From assembly GCA_028023455.1 (NCBI GenBank), contig JAQFVV010000006.1:12586001-12650000 (forward strand): 64,000 nucleotides of DNA, read 5' to 3'. This DNA is from Epiperipatus broadwayi (taxonomy: Eukaryota > Animalia > Onychophora). The notes below the pieces were generated by a model that searched no databases, was not told the origin of the DNA, and worked only from the letters and a program-made list of their open reading frames with translations. Below, in pieces: positions 1 through 12,873 of the stretch; within the stretch, counting starts at the first letter, position 1, and each line of letters begins with the position of its first letter. The position numbers and the translations under genes are program-made.

Positions 1-454
1 CTTATTTTGGTGTTGGCAACACTGGATAATACTCAAATCTTCAGGACAACCTATTTCTGTAGGTCTTCTTCAGTAGAATACACTGAAATTTTACCACCAT
101 TTTCAACATCTACCCCTTCTTACTGTTTATACTGGAAAGAAATAAAAGCATCAAAATCAAACAATGAACTTATAATCAGAAATTTTATTTTTAAAAGTAT
201 AACTAACATTAGTCCATACCCAAATCCTCATACCATTCTGTGCAGTAGAAAACACTTACTGCTTACATTAGAAGGCAATAAAATCATCTTTTTAGTACAA
301 TTAACCAATGTTTAAAATATATATGCCTAAATAGAGAAAACATTTGATTATGATTATGTGACCTAGATATATTTGAAACATTTGACCATTGTATAATGCT
401 ATCAGTGCTATATTACAAAAATATTTGATCCTACCTTGGTGACTATATTATAAT

Positions 455-839
455 CAAGGCAAAACTCTCCATACAGTAGTGCCACCCTGTGCCAACCAGA
501 GTAATCAATGAATGCCAGAAGGCTTGTGCATAAAATTCCTATCTAGTGCCTACTCATCCAATATCCCCAGGCTAGTTTCTGGCTTGTGGCCTTCATCAGT
601 GAGGAGCCTTGGATCTGAGAGCACTGCACCTAGATCTTAGGACGAAGGCCACAAGCCAGAAACTAGTCTGGGGATATTGGATGACTAGGCACTAGATAAG
701 GATTTTATGCACAAGCCTTCTGGCATTCATTGATTACTCTGGTTGGCATAGGGTGGCACTACTGTATGGAGAGTTTTGCCTTGTTTATTAACAATTATGT
801 GCTAGTATAAGAGATAGTGATCATGTGATGTTTAGTGGT
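455..839. mobile_element. Family A fold-back insertion (HHR-bearing non-coding retroelement), copy A1
   Basis: Arm 455-~600 is mirrored by 641-783; 55-nt tail to 839; flanked by ggtgactatattata (438-452) and ggtgattatattata (837-851). Left HHR has GUC>GCC; right HHR lacks the CU of CUGA. Confidence 0.9.
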
Positions 840-1082
840 GATTATATTATACACACATAATGTGTTATTAGAAGATGTATACATAAACTTTTCTGTTGTG
901 TGGGTCATCTATTGTTTTATACACTTTAGATAGTAGTAGATTTCAAGACCTTAAAGTTTCTTAGCCAGTTCTCCATGAAAAAGATAAACAATTAATATTT
1001 TCAGTTTGAATACTTAAACAGGATCATTGGGATTCATTTATCATTTGGGTACTCGAAACTTTGAGTAAGCTCCTGGATAACT

Positions 1083-1324
1083 AATCATTTAATATTAATA
1101 TCATTTATGTTCTTTATTACTTTTACAATGCTTTTTACAACCCACTATTGACGGTTTCGATTTCCCCACTTTTATAATGCTTTTTACAACCCACTATTGA
1201 CGGTTTCGATTGCTCCAGCAATCTGAAGAAGATTGCTGGGGAAATCAAAAACCATCAATAGTGGGTTGTAAAAAGCATTGTAAAAATAATAAAGAACATA
1301 AATGATATTAATATTATATGGATT
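1083..1324. mobile_element. Family B fold-back repeat with HHR-like motif
   Basis: Inverted arms around ~1222. Composite of both arms gives CTGAAGA-A-GATT-gctgggga-AATC-GAAA-CC-GTC; the right arm carries G>A changes. Confidence 0.7.
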
Positions 1325-2869
1325 TGGCAATGCAATAAGAAAGATAAGTTATAATCATTCATAAAGAAGATAACTAAATATATGACTAATTTGCTTTTAA
1401 TCATCTTTTTATTAGTATCTTACTAAGAAAAGTTTAAAAAAAATCAACAAAGACTATTTCTTTTCTTTTATTTATTTTGAAATATTATAGCGTATTAAAT
1501 TGTCTATTACAAACTCTATTCTTTCCTTTTTAGCTTATTAATTCAGCGACAGCGTAAGAAGCGAAGAGTGTTAAAAGCTAACTTCAACAACATATGTTAG
1601 ATATTGAAAACTGACCAAAACATGTGAGGTTTGATCTAACATATGACCCGACTTTAAACATTCGACTACTCAAGTTTAGCTGCACATAAATCACATTGTT
1701 TCACTAGTGATATTTCTTTATATTAGCCTTCGAATTCTGTTGGAGAATAATTTAAAAATACAACTCCAAATTTTTTAGAAAAATAATTATACATTGGTCT
1801 TTTTTTAATATTTATTATTATTTTTTTTTTTTAAGAAAAATAATTATATAGTTTTTTTTTTTAAAAAAAAATATATATATATATTTTGACAAATTACAAG
1901 AACAAAATGTAAATATTTTATCAATTATATATATAAATCAAAGCCATTAGAGAAATATCCTCTAATTCTTGAGAAATGTTTCGTGTGCGTGCTCGCGTGT
2001 TTATTTGCTCACGGGCATATCAATTTTTTAATTGGTTTCTTATTTATAAACAACACGGGAAAGGGAAAAAAATCATGTGATTAGAATAAGTGTAATGGCT
2101 AATTGTTACAGAAATAAGATGACGTTCTAGCATCAAAGTGACAGCCAGAACAAACAATCAAAAAGTCTGTGGCCTTTCCTAAATAATTTTTCATGAATAT
2201 GACAATAATAGGCAGCAATTTCCTTCAGTTTAACAACTTCATAATGGTCGAATCTTTTCAGCCATCTGTTTGCTCTCTTTATCTTTTACCAGAAGTTTTT
2301 TTAGTAACTATGTATTCAGTGTATTGGCCAAACAGTTTATATTAACTATAAAAAAATCAATCGATCAGCCTTTAGCTCTTGAATTGAGTGTTCTCTTATC
2401 ATTGCACTAAACCAAACAGAACTTTCAATAAATCTTAAATAATATAATCAGTAATCACTATACAATATTTATATAAAGTTTTGCAGGTTTTAACCATCCA
2501 TTTCAGAATGACTTTTTCTCTATAAGTATATAAATTAATGAACAAACAGGAAATGAAAAAAGGAGACAGTTTTGTATATAGAACCGTTATAAAAAAATAC
2601 CAACAGTTAGTATAAAACAAATGTTGCTAAAACATCGGCCTGTTATCAGGTTTATATAACAATTCAAGCAGTTTGCTTATGTTCAAACCCTTATGGTGTT
2701 TTTGAATTGTGGAGTATGGGCCTGAAGAATATAAAGCAACTAAAATGATTATTGATTATAAAGATTCAATAGGTATATATACCTCACTCCAAAGTACGAG
2801 ATTGTGTTGTTTGCAAAAAGGTTTTTGGTTAAATAAATTTAGAAATTTCTGTGCATAGGTCATAAACAT

Positions 2870-3450
2870 AGAAATCCTATTAGCCAAATGAAATGTTCCA
2901 TCTCCCCAAAATGATTAAACTCATCTACTTCATATTCCTCATTATTCAATTACTTTTCCAGACCTGGATTATTCTTGTTTGTTCCTACTATCCCATTTTA
3001 ATAAAAACTGTTTCAAGAATTCCATTATCCTGCTTTCAAATTATTCGTTTCCATTACGTAATACCAAAATAAAAAAATCATAAAATGTACACCTCTTTCA
3101 TTAACTTTAAATTTCTTCCATTCTCCTTACAATATATCCTAGTCTTCTTTAAACATCTTAGTCTTCAAAATAAGTATTCTATGCTCTTTCTCCCATTTCA
3201 ATATAAGCTATATCTACAATCCAAATGCATAGTGAATTTGTGTCTTCCTTTCTGGTGTTCTTAAAGCTCAAGCACCAAATATCAGTAAGATCCCATTAAT
3301 GTCTTCATATATCCTTTCATATTTTATAGAATTTTTATTCTTAAATAAATCCAAATTATTTTTTATTCATTCACCTTGCTTTTTTTTCTGACCAAATTAC
3401 CTGTCTTCTTTTCCCATTCTTCATAATACATATTTGTAATACTTATTGTT
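2870..3450 (-). mobile_element. Highly degraded non-LTR (RTE/L2-like) RT debris
   Basis: Minus strand reads YEVDEFNHFG, resembling the E.V..F.YLG motif downstream of LINE RT cores; many stops. Confidence 0.3.
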
Positions 3451-3524
3451 TGGTTGAAAGTTTCTGATGATAGTATTTAGGTAGTAATTATAAGCTGGAC
3501 TATTTTCATCATCTCATATTCATT

Positions 3525-4090
3525 ATTAATTTATTAGAAAAGAAAAAACAAATGTGTCTAAGGTAGCAGACCATGTATGTACCAATGAACATATGTTCAA
3601 TTGGGAAAATACAAAAATATTGCAGAGAAAAGATAAGGTACAAAGAAGAAAATTTAAAGAAGCTGCTCACATGACAATGGCAAAAAATCCCATAAGCCAA
3701 CTTAGTGTGACTATACATAATGTATGGAACCCACTAATCAACTTTGCTCCTTGGGAAAAAGTGGAGAAATCAAGTAGAACCTCATAGATACGTATATGAA
3801 ATTTCTGCCAATTATTGCCTTTGACAGGCTGGTTCAGTTTGTTAGAGTGTTACCTTAAAATTCAATATTCAAAGAAGCTATGGGTCCAGGTTCAATTCCT
3901 ATACTAGTACTGTCACTGGTTAGGCCAGCAACACATCATGAATACGAGGAAAGAATAATACCTTTCAAAACATTGTGCATATACTAACCTGTGTGCTATT
4001 ATTAATAGTTGAATGTATTTGGAATATTTAAATAAATTTTTCTCGACATTCAATACTCATATTAGATGATGGAAATAGTTCAATATATAA
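3525..4090 (+). mobile_element. 5'-truncated Penelope-like element, family P1 (end of GIY-YIG ORF plus 3' pLTR region)
   Basis: ORF 3554-3787 (SKVADHVCTNEHMFNWENTKIL...KFKEAAHM) matches the end of the GIY-YIG ORF at 45393-45761; the downstream non-coding part matches 45770-46070. Confidence 0.85.
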
Positions 4091-4650
4091 GCTTTTCAAA
4101 TGTGCTCACCTGTTATTAATACTACACGTTAGTATATATACAACATTTTGAGTATTACGGTTCTCTCTTTATCAGGCGTTTCTGGCCTGACCAGTAACAG
4201 TGCTCACCTAGTTAGTTAGAGAATTACTTTAAATTCAACATTTATAAAACCAAGTGCCCAGGTTTGATTTTCACAATAATACTGTCACTGGTCAGGCCAA
4301 AACTTGTGGGAAACAAACCTAGGCCTTTATATTCATAAAGACAATATTCTAAATATGATAGTAATGTACTGTCAGATGACCTTAAAGTCAATATTTATGG
4401 AACTAACTATTCACATTTGATTTCTATGATATATATGGTCACTGGTCAGGCCACTATACTATACTATACTGTACTGGTCAGATGAAAACCATTTGATGAA
4501 AACAGAAGCATGATGCAACTCAAGCTATTGTCTTATACACTAATCTGTGTAGTATTACTAAGAATTGAATGTATTTGAAAAGTTTAAATAAAGCTTGAAT
4601 CATTCTAAAGATACTGAACAAATAATTTTAGATTATGGACTTAGTCCAGC
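4090..4650. mobile_element. Inverted and tandem partial copies of the P1 pLTR region
   Basis: Inverted segment ~4100-4200 (ggcctgaccagt; decayed HHR on minus strand at 4141-4178), then two direct partial copies with cttta/ccttaaa-ttcaa and actggtcaggcc motifs. Confidence 0.7.
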
Positions 4651-5447
4651 TATTATAATATTATAATACTTATGCATGTATATACTGAAAGTATCCTTAT
4701 ATTCCAGAATAGAGAAGAGCACAAAACAGGATCATATATAAATAATATGGAGTTGTACGTATTAGTAAACTGTCGAAACAGTAGTGCAAGCCTTAGTAAT
4801 TAAGGGATGCAAAAATGTTTAAGCATAAAATTCCTGTCTAGTGCCTTTTTGAATCCACTGATTACAAAGCTTGCATTAGGTGAAATTTCGTATAGGAAGT
4901 TTGCTATTGTAAGATCGTGTGTAAGCATAGGAAATGATGATTATGAGATATAGATATTGCTACATCACTAGTAAGAAACATTTAAATCTAGACTATATGT
5001 TCTAATCAACTATCTTCTAATTATATACTTTTGCTTCACTGTTTAATATACTGCATTTATAAATAAACGGAACAATATGTGCAAGAAGATACTATGGAAT
5101 AATTAAAATAGAATAATGCGACATTTCCTAAATCATACACACAACTAAATATTATCTAACGAAATGATTCTTTTTAAAAACAACGTTCGCATTGCTTATA
5201 TCACACTGTTTACTCTGATAATTACTAAACAATGTTAACAAATATTTGGGTAAAAACATTTTATTAAACTTCATTTGCAATAATCAGGTTTCACGAAAAG
5301 GCTTACTTAATTATACCTAAAAGTGCATACTTGCACATCAGTAGATATAGCGTTTATAGTCCAAGTCTCTAAAAGATGTTGGATATATTGAGTGACACTT
5401 CAAAGTACAGTTTATTCTTTCTTATTGCTTTGCCAAATATATATCAT

Positions 5448-5815
5448 ATAATACTAAATTGTCCAACCACTTTACTACTGTTACACAATGCTTTATTTAC
5501 CACCCTTTCTTACAGTTACAATTTCGATTGCCCCAACAAGCTTCTTCAGAACTTTATATCTCCTAACCTTAACTGTTATGATCAAAAAATTGCCTCAGCA
5601 ATCTTCTTCAGAGTTTTATATCTCCTAACTTCAATCGTGAGATTTAAGTTCTGAAAAAGAATGCTGGGGCAATTTTTTGATTGTAACAGTTGAGGTTAGG
5701 AGATATAAAGTTCTGAAGAAGATAACTGGGGGAATCAAAACTGTAGATTGTAAGAATGGGTGGTAAATAAAGCATTGTGTAACAGTAGTAAAGTGGTTGG
5801 ACAATTTGGCATTAT
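5448..5815. mobile_element. Family B fold-back repeat with two tandem HHR-like motifs per arm
   Basis: Inverted arms around ~5640. CTGAA(G/A)AAG cores at 5651 and 5713 (62-nt spacing), mirrored on the left arm. Tail is similar to the 1083-1324 element. Confidence 0.75.
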
Positions 5816-7489
5816 AAAGTATGGCTTATTGGTATATAATTATGATTCTGCGTTCACAACCTAAACTATTTCTCAAACAAATGTACTCTTCCAGATAATA
5901 ACAGGAGAAACGATGCACTTAACTTTCCAATTTAAAGAGTTACAAATTCATTTAATGAACTCATATGGTCTGTATTATTTTGACATTCAAAGTTTAAAAA
6001 ATACTTAATGTTTCATTTCTGTTAATGAAAGCGATCACAGAACAAAGGGCTAACTTGTATGTGTATGATGGGTAACAAGGTTATATTGAAAAATACATTG
6101 ATGGAATTACTGAAACTTCAAACATTTTCATGTGTGTTTGTGATATTATATATATATATATAAAGATTAAGAATAGTGCTAAAAGTGAGAATGTAACCAA
6201 TAAAATCAATTTACAGGGTTCCGAAATTGCATTCCATAAACGGATCTTAGACTGATTGTTCTCGTTATGCATATATAACCCATAAAGTGTGCTGATATTA
6301 ATAGCCCTGTGGGTGAAGTTACAGTATGGCAGACTTTAATACTCAAAATCCATGGATCACAGCCGAGTTCTCAGTTCCAGTGCTTAAACATTATAATTCC
6401 TGAAAATAATCCATTTAACTTATTTTTATGTTTATATCAGTATATTCACCCATATAAAAATGCTCTCATTTTTGGAATTTTTTTTTTTAATTCATTGCTT
6501 TAACAAATTTCAAGCATGCACAGTATTATTGTGGAGCTGCAAACTATGTGATGTCAATGTACACAAAACCAAATGTAAATATGGCACTATAACATCCTAT
6601 TTTTCCTGTCACTAAATACCACATTTCAAACATGAATTTATGTACTGTAATCACATTTTCTTCATGATTTAAATACTATACCATTCATTTCTGTACTGTA
6701 GTTAAAAGCACATGTACTGATTTTTTTCCAAGTGTTTTTTTCCTTCAAAAAGTTTTATTCCAATACCGTCTTTTTTTAGAATCCCGAAATGTACTCGACC
6801 TATAGAAAGGTTGTTATTTTTTGTAATAGTCTTTCTTAATCAGTAGCTTTAACAAATTACTTCCTTTGTATAAAATGCTTCGTAAAAAAAATACAGTTTA
6901 TTAATGGCGGAACAAATAATTATTTATTTCCTTAAAAAGTTCACCCTCCAATAAAGAAATGTTTAACTTGCATATCTTATGGACATTTAGGGATTTTATA
7001 TATAAGACGAATAGAAATCATTATGCCCTCTTGTGAGGTATTTGTGATTTACATTAAAAGGTTTAACCCTATATTTATGTATATTTGATTGCGAATATAG
7101 TCAAGCACTGAAACTAACTATTATGCAACTATAGTATTCCTATGGAAAGTCAGGATATAGTTGGAAGATTCAAGAGTTTAAACACTTTGATCATTTAATA
7201 ATGGATGCAAAATACATACATATATCATTCTGAGTCTATTTCATGGAACAAATCCATCTGAGAAACATTATGTATTTATTTAGTGAAATAGATTTATATT
7301 CCTAATGATACATTTGATTAGCCATAAAATCATTTATCCATTGATAAAAATCATTAGTAATATATCATTCTGATATCCTTATTACTAGTTACTAGCTTAT
7401 GATTTTATGAAATACAGCTTAGAAACAATGAAAATTTATTTGATTGATTATATATATGTTAAAACAAAGATTGCTACAGATATAAAAGA

Positions 7490-7775
7490 CTAAGCATCAC
7501 ATGATCACCATTTCTTATGCTAGAACATCTGTTATTAACAAAGGCAAAACTTTCAGTAGTGCCACCCAGTGCCAACCAGAGTAATCAATGGATGCCAGAA
7601 GGCTTGTGCATAAAATACCCATCTAGTGCCTACTCATCCAATATCCCCAGACTAGTTTCTGGCTTGTGGCCTTCATCAGTGAGGAGCTTTGGATTTTATG
7701 CACAAGCCTTCTGGCATCCATTGATTACTCTGGTTATCACTGGGTGGCACTACTGTATGGAAAGTTTTGCCTTTG
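7490..7775. mobile_element. Family A fold-back insertion, copy A2 (flipped orientation)
   Basis: Tail on the left (ctaagcatcacatgatcacc), arm to 7692, inverted arm to 7775; imperfect 10-bp flank repeat agatataaaa/agatatagaa. Confidence 0.9.
7644..7685 (-). ncRNA. Minimal type I hammerhead ribozyme (Family A)
   Basis: UCCUCA-CUGAUGA-A-GGC-cacaa-GCC-A-GAAA-CUA-GUC-UGGGGA: 6-bp stem I, 3-bp stem II, palindromic ACUAGU stem III, GUC cleavage triplet. Confidence 0.75.
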
Positions 7776-8496
7776 TTTTAGATATAGAAAACATTTCATA
7801 TAGGTTCATCCTCAATTTTTTTGTACACTTTCTCATAAAAAAATAATAAAATAAAATAAAAAAATTTTGAATTACATTTGAGTATAGAGTAATGTAACAT
7901 ATTTAATTAAAAAAACATTGACCAAAATATAAATTGATGGTGGTTTGAATTTTGTTAGCACTTTGAACACATCAATCATTAACTTATCCAATTGTAAACA
8001 AATGGCCAAAGTAGGATCATTTAGCATGATAAACTCAGCAAAAGGAAACATCAGTAGTTCATTGTGACACATCAAGGTTTCAAAAGTGTAAAGAATCAAT
8101 ACAGATTAGTTGTTAACCTGCAATACTTATATGCAGGCAGTAAAAAATTGTATGAGGTCATGTGATATTCAAAAATTGGTACTGACAAATTACGTTATGG
8201 TAGAAATCTTTATCTCTATAATCCATGAGTCTATCACTGCACTAGACCTGTACAAGGAGACACAAACAATGAATATTTAAATGAAAATGCTGTCAGGGAT
8301 CTTAAAATAGATTAGAAATAATCAAGCAAAACATAGAAGAACTAACTAAATTATAAGCAATTAATAAGATCTGGAAAGTAAAAAGACGTTGAATAAAAAG
8401 TTAACAACAAATGCTTAAAAGTAATAATGGAGAAAATAAGAAAAAAAAGAAAAAAGATCGGTACAGATATGAAAAATAAATGCATTTGACAAAAAA

Positions 8497-9035
8497 TACC
8501 ACATATGGCTTTATTGCTTAGGGTTCATAAGAAATTTGAGCACCAGAACTGCCAAGTGCCAGAATCAATCCTGGAACCTTCTGATCTTAAGTCAGATGCT
8601 CTACCAACTGTTCTAAACCAAACATGGCAAAAAAGGCATATGGCTCAGGAGTTCATAAAAAGTTCCAGAATCGATCCTAAAACCTTCCAATCCCAAATCA
8701 GATGCTCTATCAACTATGTCAAACTAAATGGAGCAAAAAAGGCATATAGATTTACTGCTTAGGAGTTCATAAGAAGTTCGAGCTCCTGACCTGTGAGTTC
8801 CAGAATCCATCCTGGGATCTTCCAATCCCAAATCAGAAGCTCTATCAACTGTGTCAAACCTTTCCTTCCCTTCCCCCAGAAGCTCTATCAACTGTGTCAA
8901 ACCAAATATGGCAAAAAAGGCATATAGCTTTACTGCTCAGGGGTTCATAAGAAGTTCAAGCTCCAGACCTGTGAGTTCCAGAAATTGATCCTGGGATCCA
9001 ATCCCAAGTCAGACATTCTACCAACTGCATCAAAC
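8497..9035 (-). mobile_element. Tandem array (~4 imperfect units) of a tRNA-derived SINE-like sequence
   Basis: Each unit on minus has an A-box-like CAGTTGGTAGAGC, stem-loop TCTGA-CTTGGGA-TTGGA, B-box-like GGATCGATTCT, a shared 3' part and a T6 run. Related partial copy at ~11015-11105. Confidence 0.65.
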
Positions 9036-12000
9036 AGCAATGAAAAATAAGGATAGATAGGGCAAATATCCTGTAAATAATTAACTGTTATGTAATCCAA
9101 CAATCTTCCAAAAAAAGTGAAAGATGGTGAAGAAGATTTTTCTTATTTCTTTTAGCATCCTTAATGCTAAAAATAGACTATCTAATTTGGATACCTATTC
9201 AGCTTCAAACTCCAGAAATCAGATGTGAAAAGCATTAAGTCACAAATTCCTTCTAACAAATGCTATCACAAAATGACTTTTTCAGAGGTGAAGCTAAAGA
9301 ATAAGATATGTGACAGATGACAAGCTGAAGTGTAAGAATTAGAATATACTATTCGCAGTCGCAGTATATACTCTATTTCTGACAATTTAATCTAATTAAG
9401 CATTTATCTTTAAAATAATTAACACTTAAATTAATACAGCTGATATTTTTATTAAAAAAAATAAATTTTAAACAGTATTTATTACATGATTGTAAAACGT
9501 TGATTAATAATAAACATTATTAGCTAATTATGCAAAATTTTAAACTGTTATCAAACTGTTAAAAAACAACAACTTAGAAATACATTATTCAAAACTCAAT
9601 ACGCACTGACAAAACTAATGAATGAACAGATAAAAATATGCATTGTAATTTCTGGAATTTTAGAATCAACCCTTACATTACTAATTAGATGTTTCTATGA
9701 CAGAAATTTTTGTTTGCATTTTTCATATTAATTTAAATTAATACAAAGTGTACTCTAAGTAAGATAAAATAAATATTAAATGGATATTATTTGGCAAGAA
9801 GAATTAATTGTGGAGAATAAAGAGTTAACTGTTCTGCAGTGGTTAATAAAATGGCATTCAGAATGTAAAAATGAAGAAAATCGCACGAAGATATAATTTG
9901 TGTAATTTCATCTTAAAAATGGAGCGTTATGACGTATATGCTTTTGAATTCAATATTAATCATAAATATATATTCAATCGTTTGTATTGGCAAAGTTACT
10001 TTTTGAAGCCATTATTTTTGATTGAAATCTATTTTTTTACAGTGACATTTGTTGATTGTTAATAGTTCTCGATTTCCAGAGAATAGTATTGAAAATGGAT
10101 TTGAACAATATAAAGTATTTGCTTTTGTTTGTTAATAGAATCCTTAGTAATTCAAATTCAATTTCAGTCAATAAATTTATATTTTCATCTTTCATTTGTA
10201 TTATAATCGAAAAATCACAAAGAAGATAATCTATAACTTTAAAAATAAATTTCAAATTCTTTTTCATTTCAGTTTTGTCTAAATAAATTTTCGTAATGTA
10301 ATTTTATTCTTTGATGTTTTCAAATAATTACTGCCGTTTTATGGTTCCAGCTTCCTGCGTCTGCCTGTCTTTATTTATCTTAGATTTCCTTTTCTGATGA
10401 TCCCTAAGAAAGATATTTTAGCCATTTATTAGAAAAAAAATAAGTCTACCAAGATGGTTTCTTTTTAATAGACCTGTTCCTGTTTGCCTAATATTATGGT
10501 CTGATCTTTAACCCAGCACTTTTGAGACCTCATCCACTATAATAGAATATAGCTTTTATTATTAATGATTGTCGAAGCTTACTTATAATATTTATTGTCA
10601 TAAGAATGACAGATTGTATTATTTTGCAACATTCTATACAAACAGACACATATACATATATCTTCATCATCAATAGTTATCAATCTAAAAAAGTATGTCA
10701 CGTAACAAATCAGTTTTTCCTCAAATCTTTATGTCCTTTACTGCTCTATTCCATAAATACGTATAACTACTTCGTCTCTTAAATCAACAATCTCTTTACT
10801 CAATATCACATTTTCCTTCATCCTCCACAATCTCTTTTAACGTAATTACATACTTTTATTGCTTTGGAATACTTCTCTTCCTCCTATCATTTCTCATTTT
10901 TAACATTTCTCCAATGTTGAGTTTACCTTCTTTCCTCCTTTTTTAAACACTCACACTTTTAAAGCTTGTATCAGTTCTTCTCATTTTACTTAATTGTCAG
11001 CATCTCTGAATATTAAAGCTCTAAAAAAGGCACATGGATTTATTGCTCAGGAGTTCATAAGACGTTTGAGCACGAGAATTGAATCTTGGGATCTCACAAT
11101 CATAGGTTGGATAATCATGCAGGGTGCTACACTCTAAACAAAACATTTAACAAGCCACTTTCTTATCAAGAAAGGCTCATGTTTAGTGGTTCACATTGCC
11201 ATGTCATAACAAGGAGTTTAAATCCGGCCAGGTGAACCTTAGATCACTGGCAGGTTTAATATTTTTTTTTAGATTAACAGTCTATAGCCGATTTAGCTAG
11301 TATCTTATCTGCATTGGTATATTGACAGACTCAGGAGATCAAAGTTCATGGATCACAGCCCAGCTGGTGTTACTACCAATGCTCAACTTTTTATAAACTT
11401 CTGAGTAATAAGTTATTCAATCCATACAGTGGTAGAATGGCAGTTTCTGGAGCCCAGGATCCACAGATAGTGGCCAATGGAGTCACTTCGATAACTCAAA
11501 TGTCTTATAAATTCATGATCAATGAATCTTTCAATTATTTTTGATGAATATCCAACAACCACTAGGTTGAAAGTAAAAACTTCAAATTGATGTGGACTAT
11601 CCAGATGAGTTCTAAGGTAATGATTGTATAAATAAAAAATTTATCATCAGTGGTTAATACCATTCCTAAACAAGTTTGGCTATACCAACTCCAATAGACA
11701 AAAAGAAAGATAAAGAGATGATGATGATGATGATGGTGGCACAAATGTATCTAACATATCACATACTGATTCATTAGTTTGCTTCTTAGATAGCTTCTGC
11801 ACAAAAACCTTTCTAAAAGACTTCAACACACCTAACTGCAATCCTCTAATATATTCTTTCAACCACTTTCCAATGAATGCAATTCATTTTACTCTTCTTC
11901 AGAGTGAATTTGAGATATGCTTCATAATGTAAGTAGGTCTATCTCTTCCATAAAAAACTGTGCTCAGGATCATCATACTTTTTATAGAAATTTCATTATT

Positions 12001-12591
12001 ATCCATTTACAGTACATATCCAATTCTATGAAGAGAAAGTTTATAATAATGGACTTTATATTATATCGAGAAACAATACATTGACAAATGTTATGATCTT
12101 GCACATCACATTTTTAGAATTTTGCAGCATCCTTGACCATTCACAAAGTGAGCTGTGATCATGCTAAAATATTTGACATTTTAGGAGATGCAATGGCTTT
12201 GTGATCACTACTTTACTAAGATGTTTTTAAAGTGTATGTATATCATACATTAGGGTGTGTAATGGGATGCAGCTATTATTTCTATGAAGCTTCCATTTTT
12301 AATGTATTTAAAAAAATTCCAAAAGATGTCAGCATTATATGAATATTTACAAATCTTTGTGTGTGATTGGCAACACCTTCTATTGTGCTGACAAAGTTAA
12401 GGAGGTGGCAATTTGTGATTGGCTGGTGCTTTAGATTGTTTTCCTCTGTGACTAAATGACACAAAAAACATTATTTTCTGTAAATGTTAAATGATTATGA
12501 TTCAATATTTTTGTAAAAGACTTATTATTAGATCAAAAACCATGTCATTGGGGGGAGGGTTGTCTTTGAAAACCTTTTATTTTTTAAAAAG

Positions 12592-12685
12592 ACCGATCTT
12601 ACAAAGTATAGAAAGTATGTTATGAGAACCAGAAATCACCATGGAAACCATCATTACAGGCTAAAAGAACATTGTTGTAAAAACT
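12592..12685 (+). CDS. Candidate internal exon of an unidentified gene
   Basis: T-rich acceptor ending AAAAG, open frame TDLTKYRKYVMRTRNHHGNHHYRLKEHCCKN, GTAAGT donor; frame continues into 12835-12873. Confidence 0.25.
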
Positions 12686-12834
12686 GTAAGTGAAATATTT
12701 TAATAACAATTAATAATTTATTAACTTTTAGAACTTTTTTTCTTTCTTTGATGATAACTAATTCTAAATATATCATTTTTTAATAACATAAAATTCCAAT
12801 ATCTAATATTTTATTTTTCTAACTTTTTGAATAG

Positions 12835-12873
12835 ATATTGTGAAGCCAATAATGATGTGTTTTCTTGATATCG
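12835..12873 (+). CDS. Candidate internal exon of an unidentified gene
   Basis: CTAAC branch-like site and TTTTTGAATAG acceptor, GTAAGA donor; in phase with the previous exon (YIVKPIMMCFLDI); 148-nt intron. Confidence 0.25.

Noticed and set aside
7-315. 102-aa ORF at the window start
   Set aside because: GTG start in eukaryotic DNA, low-information composition, no motif.
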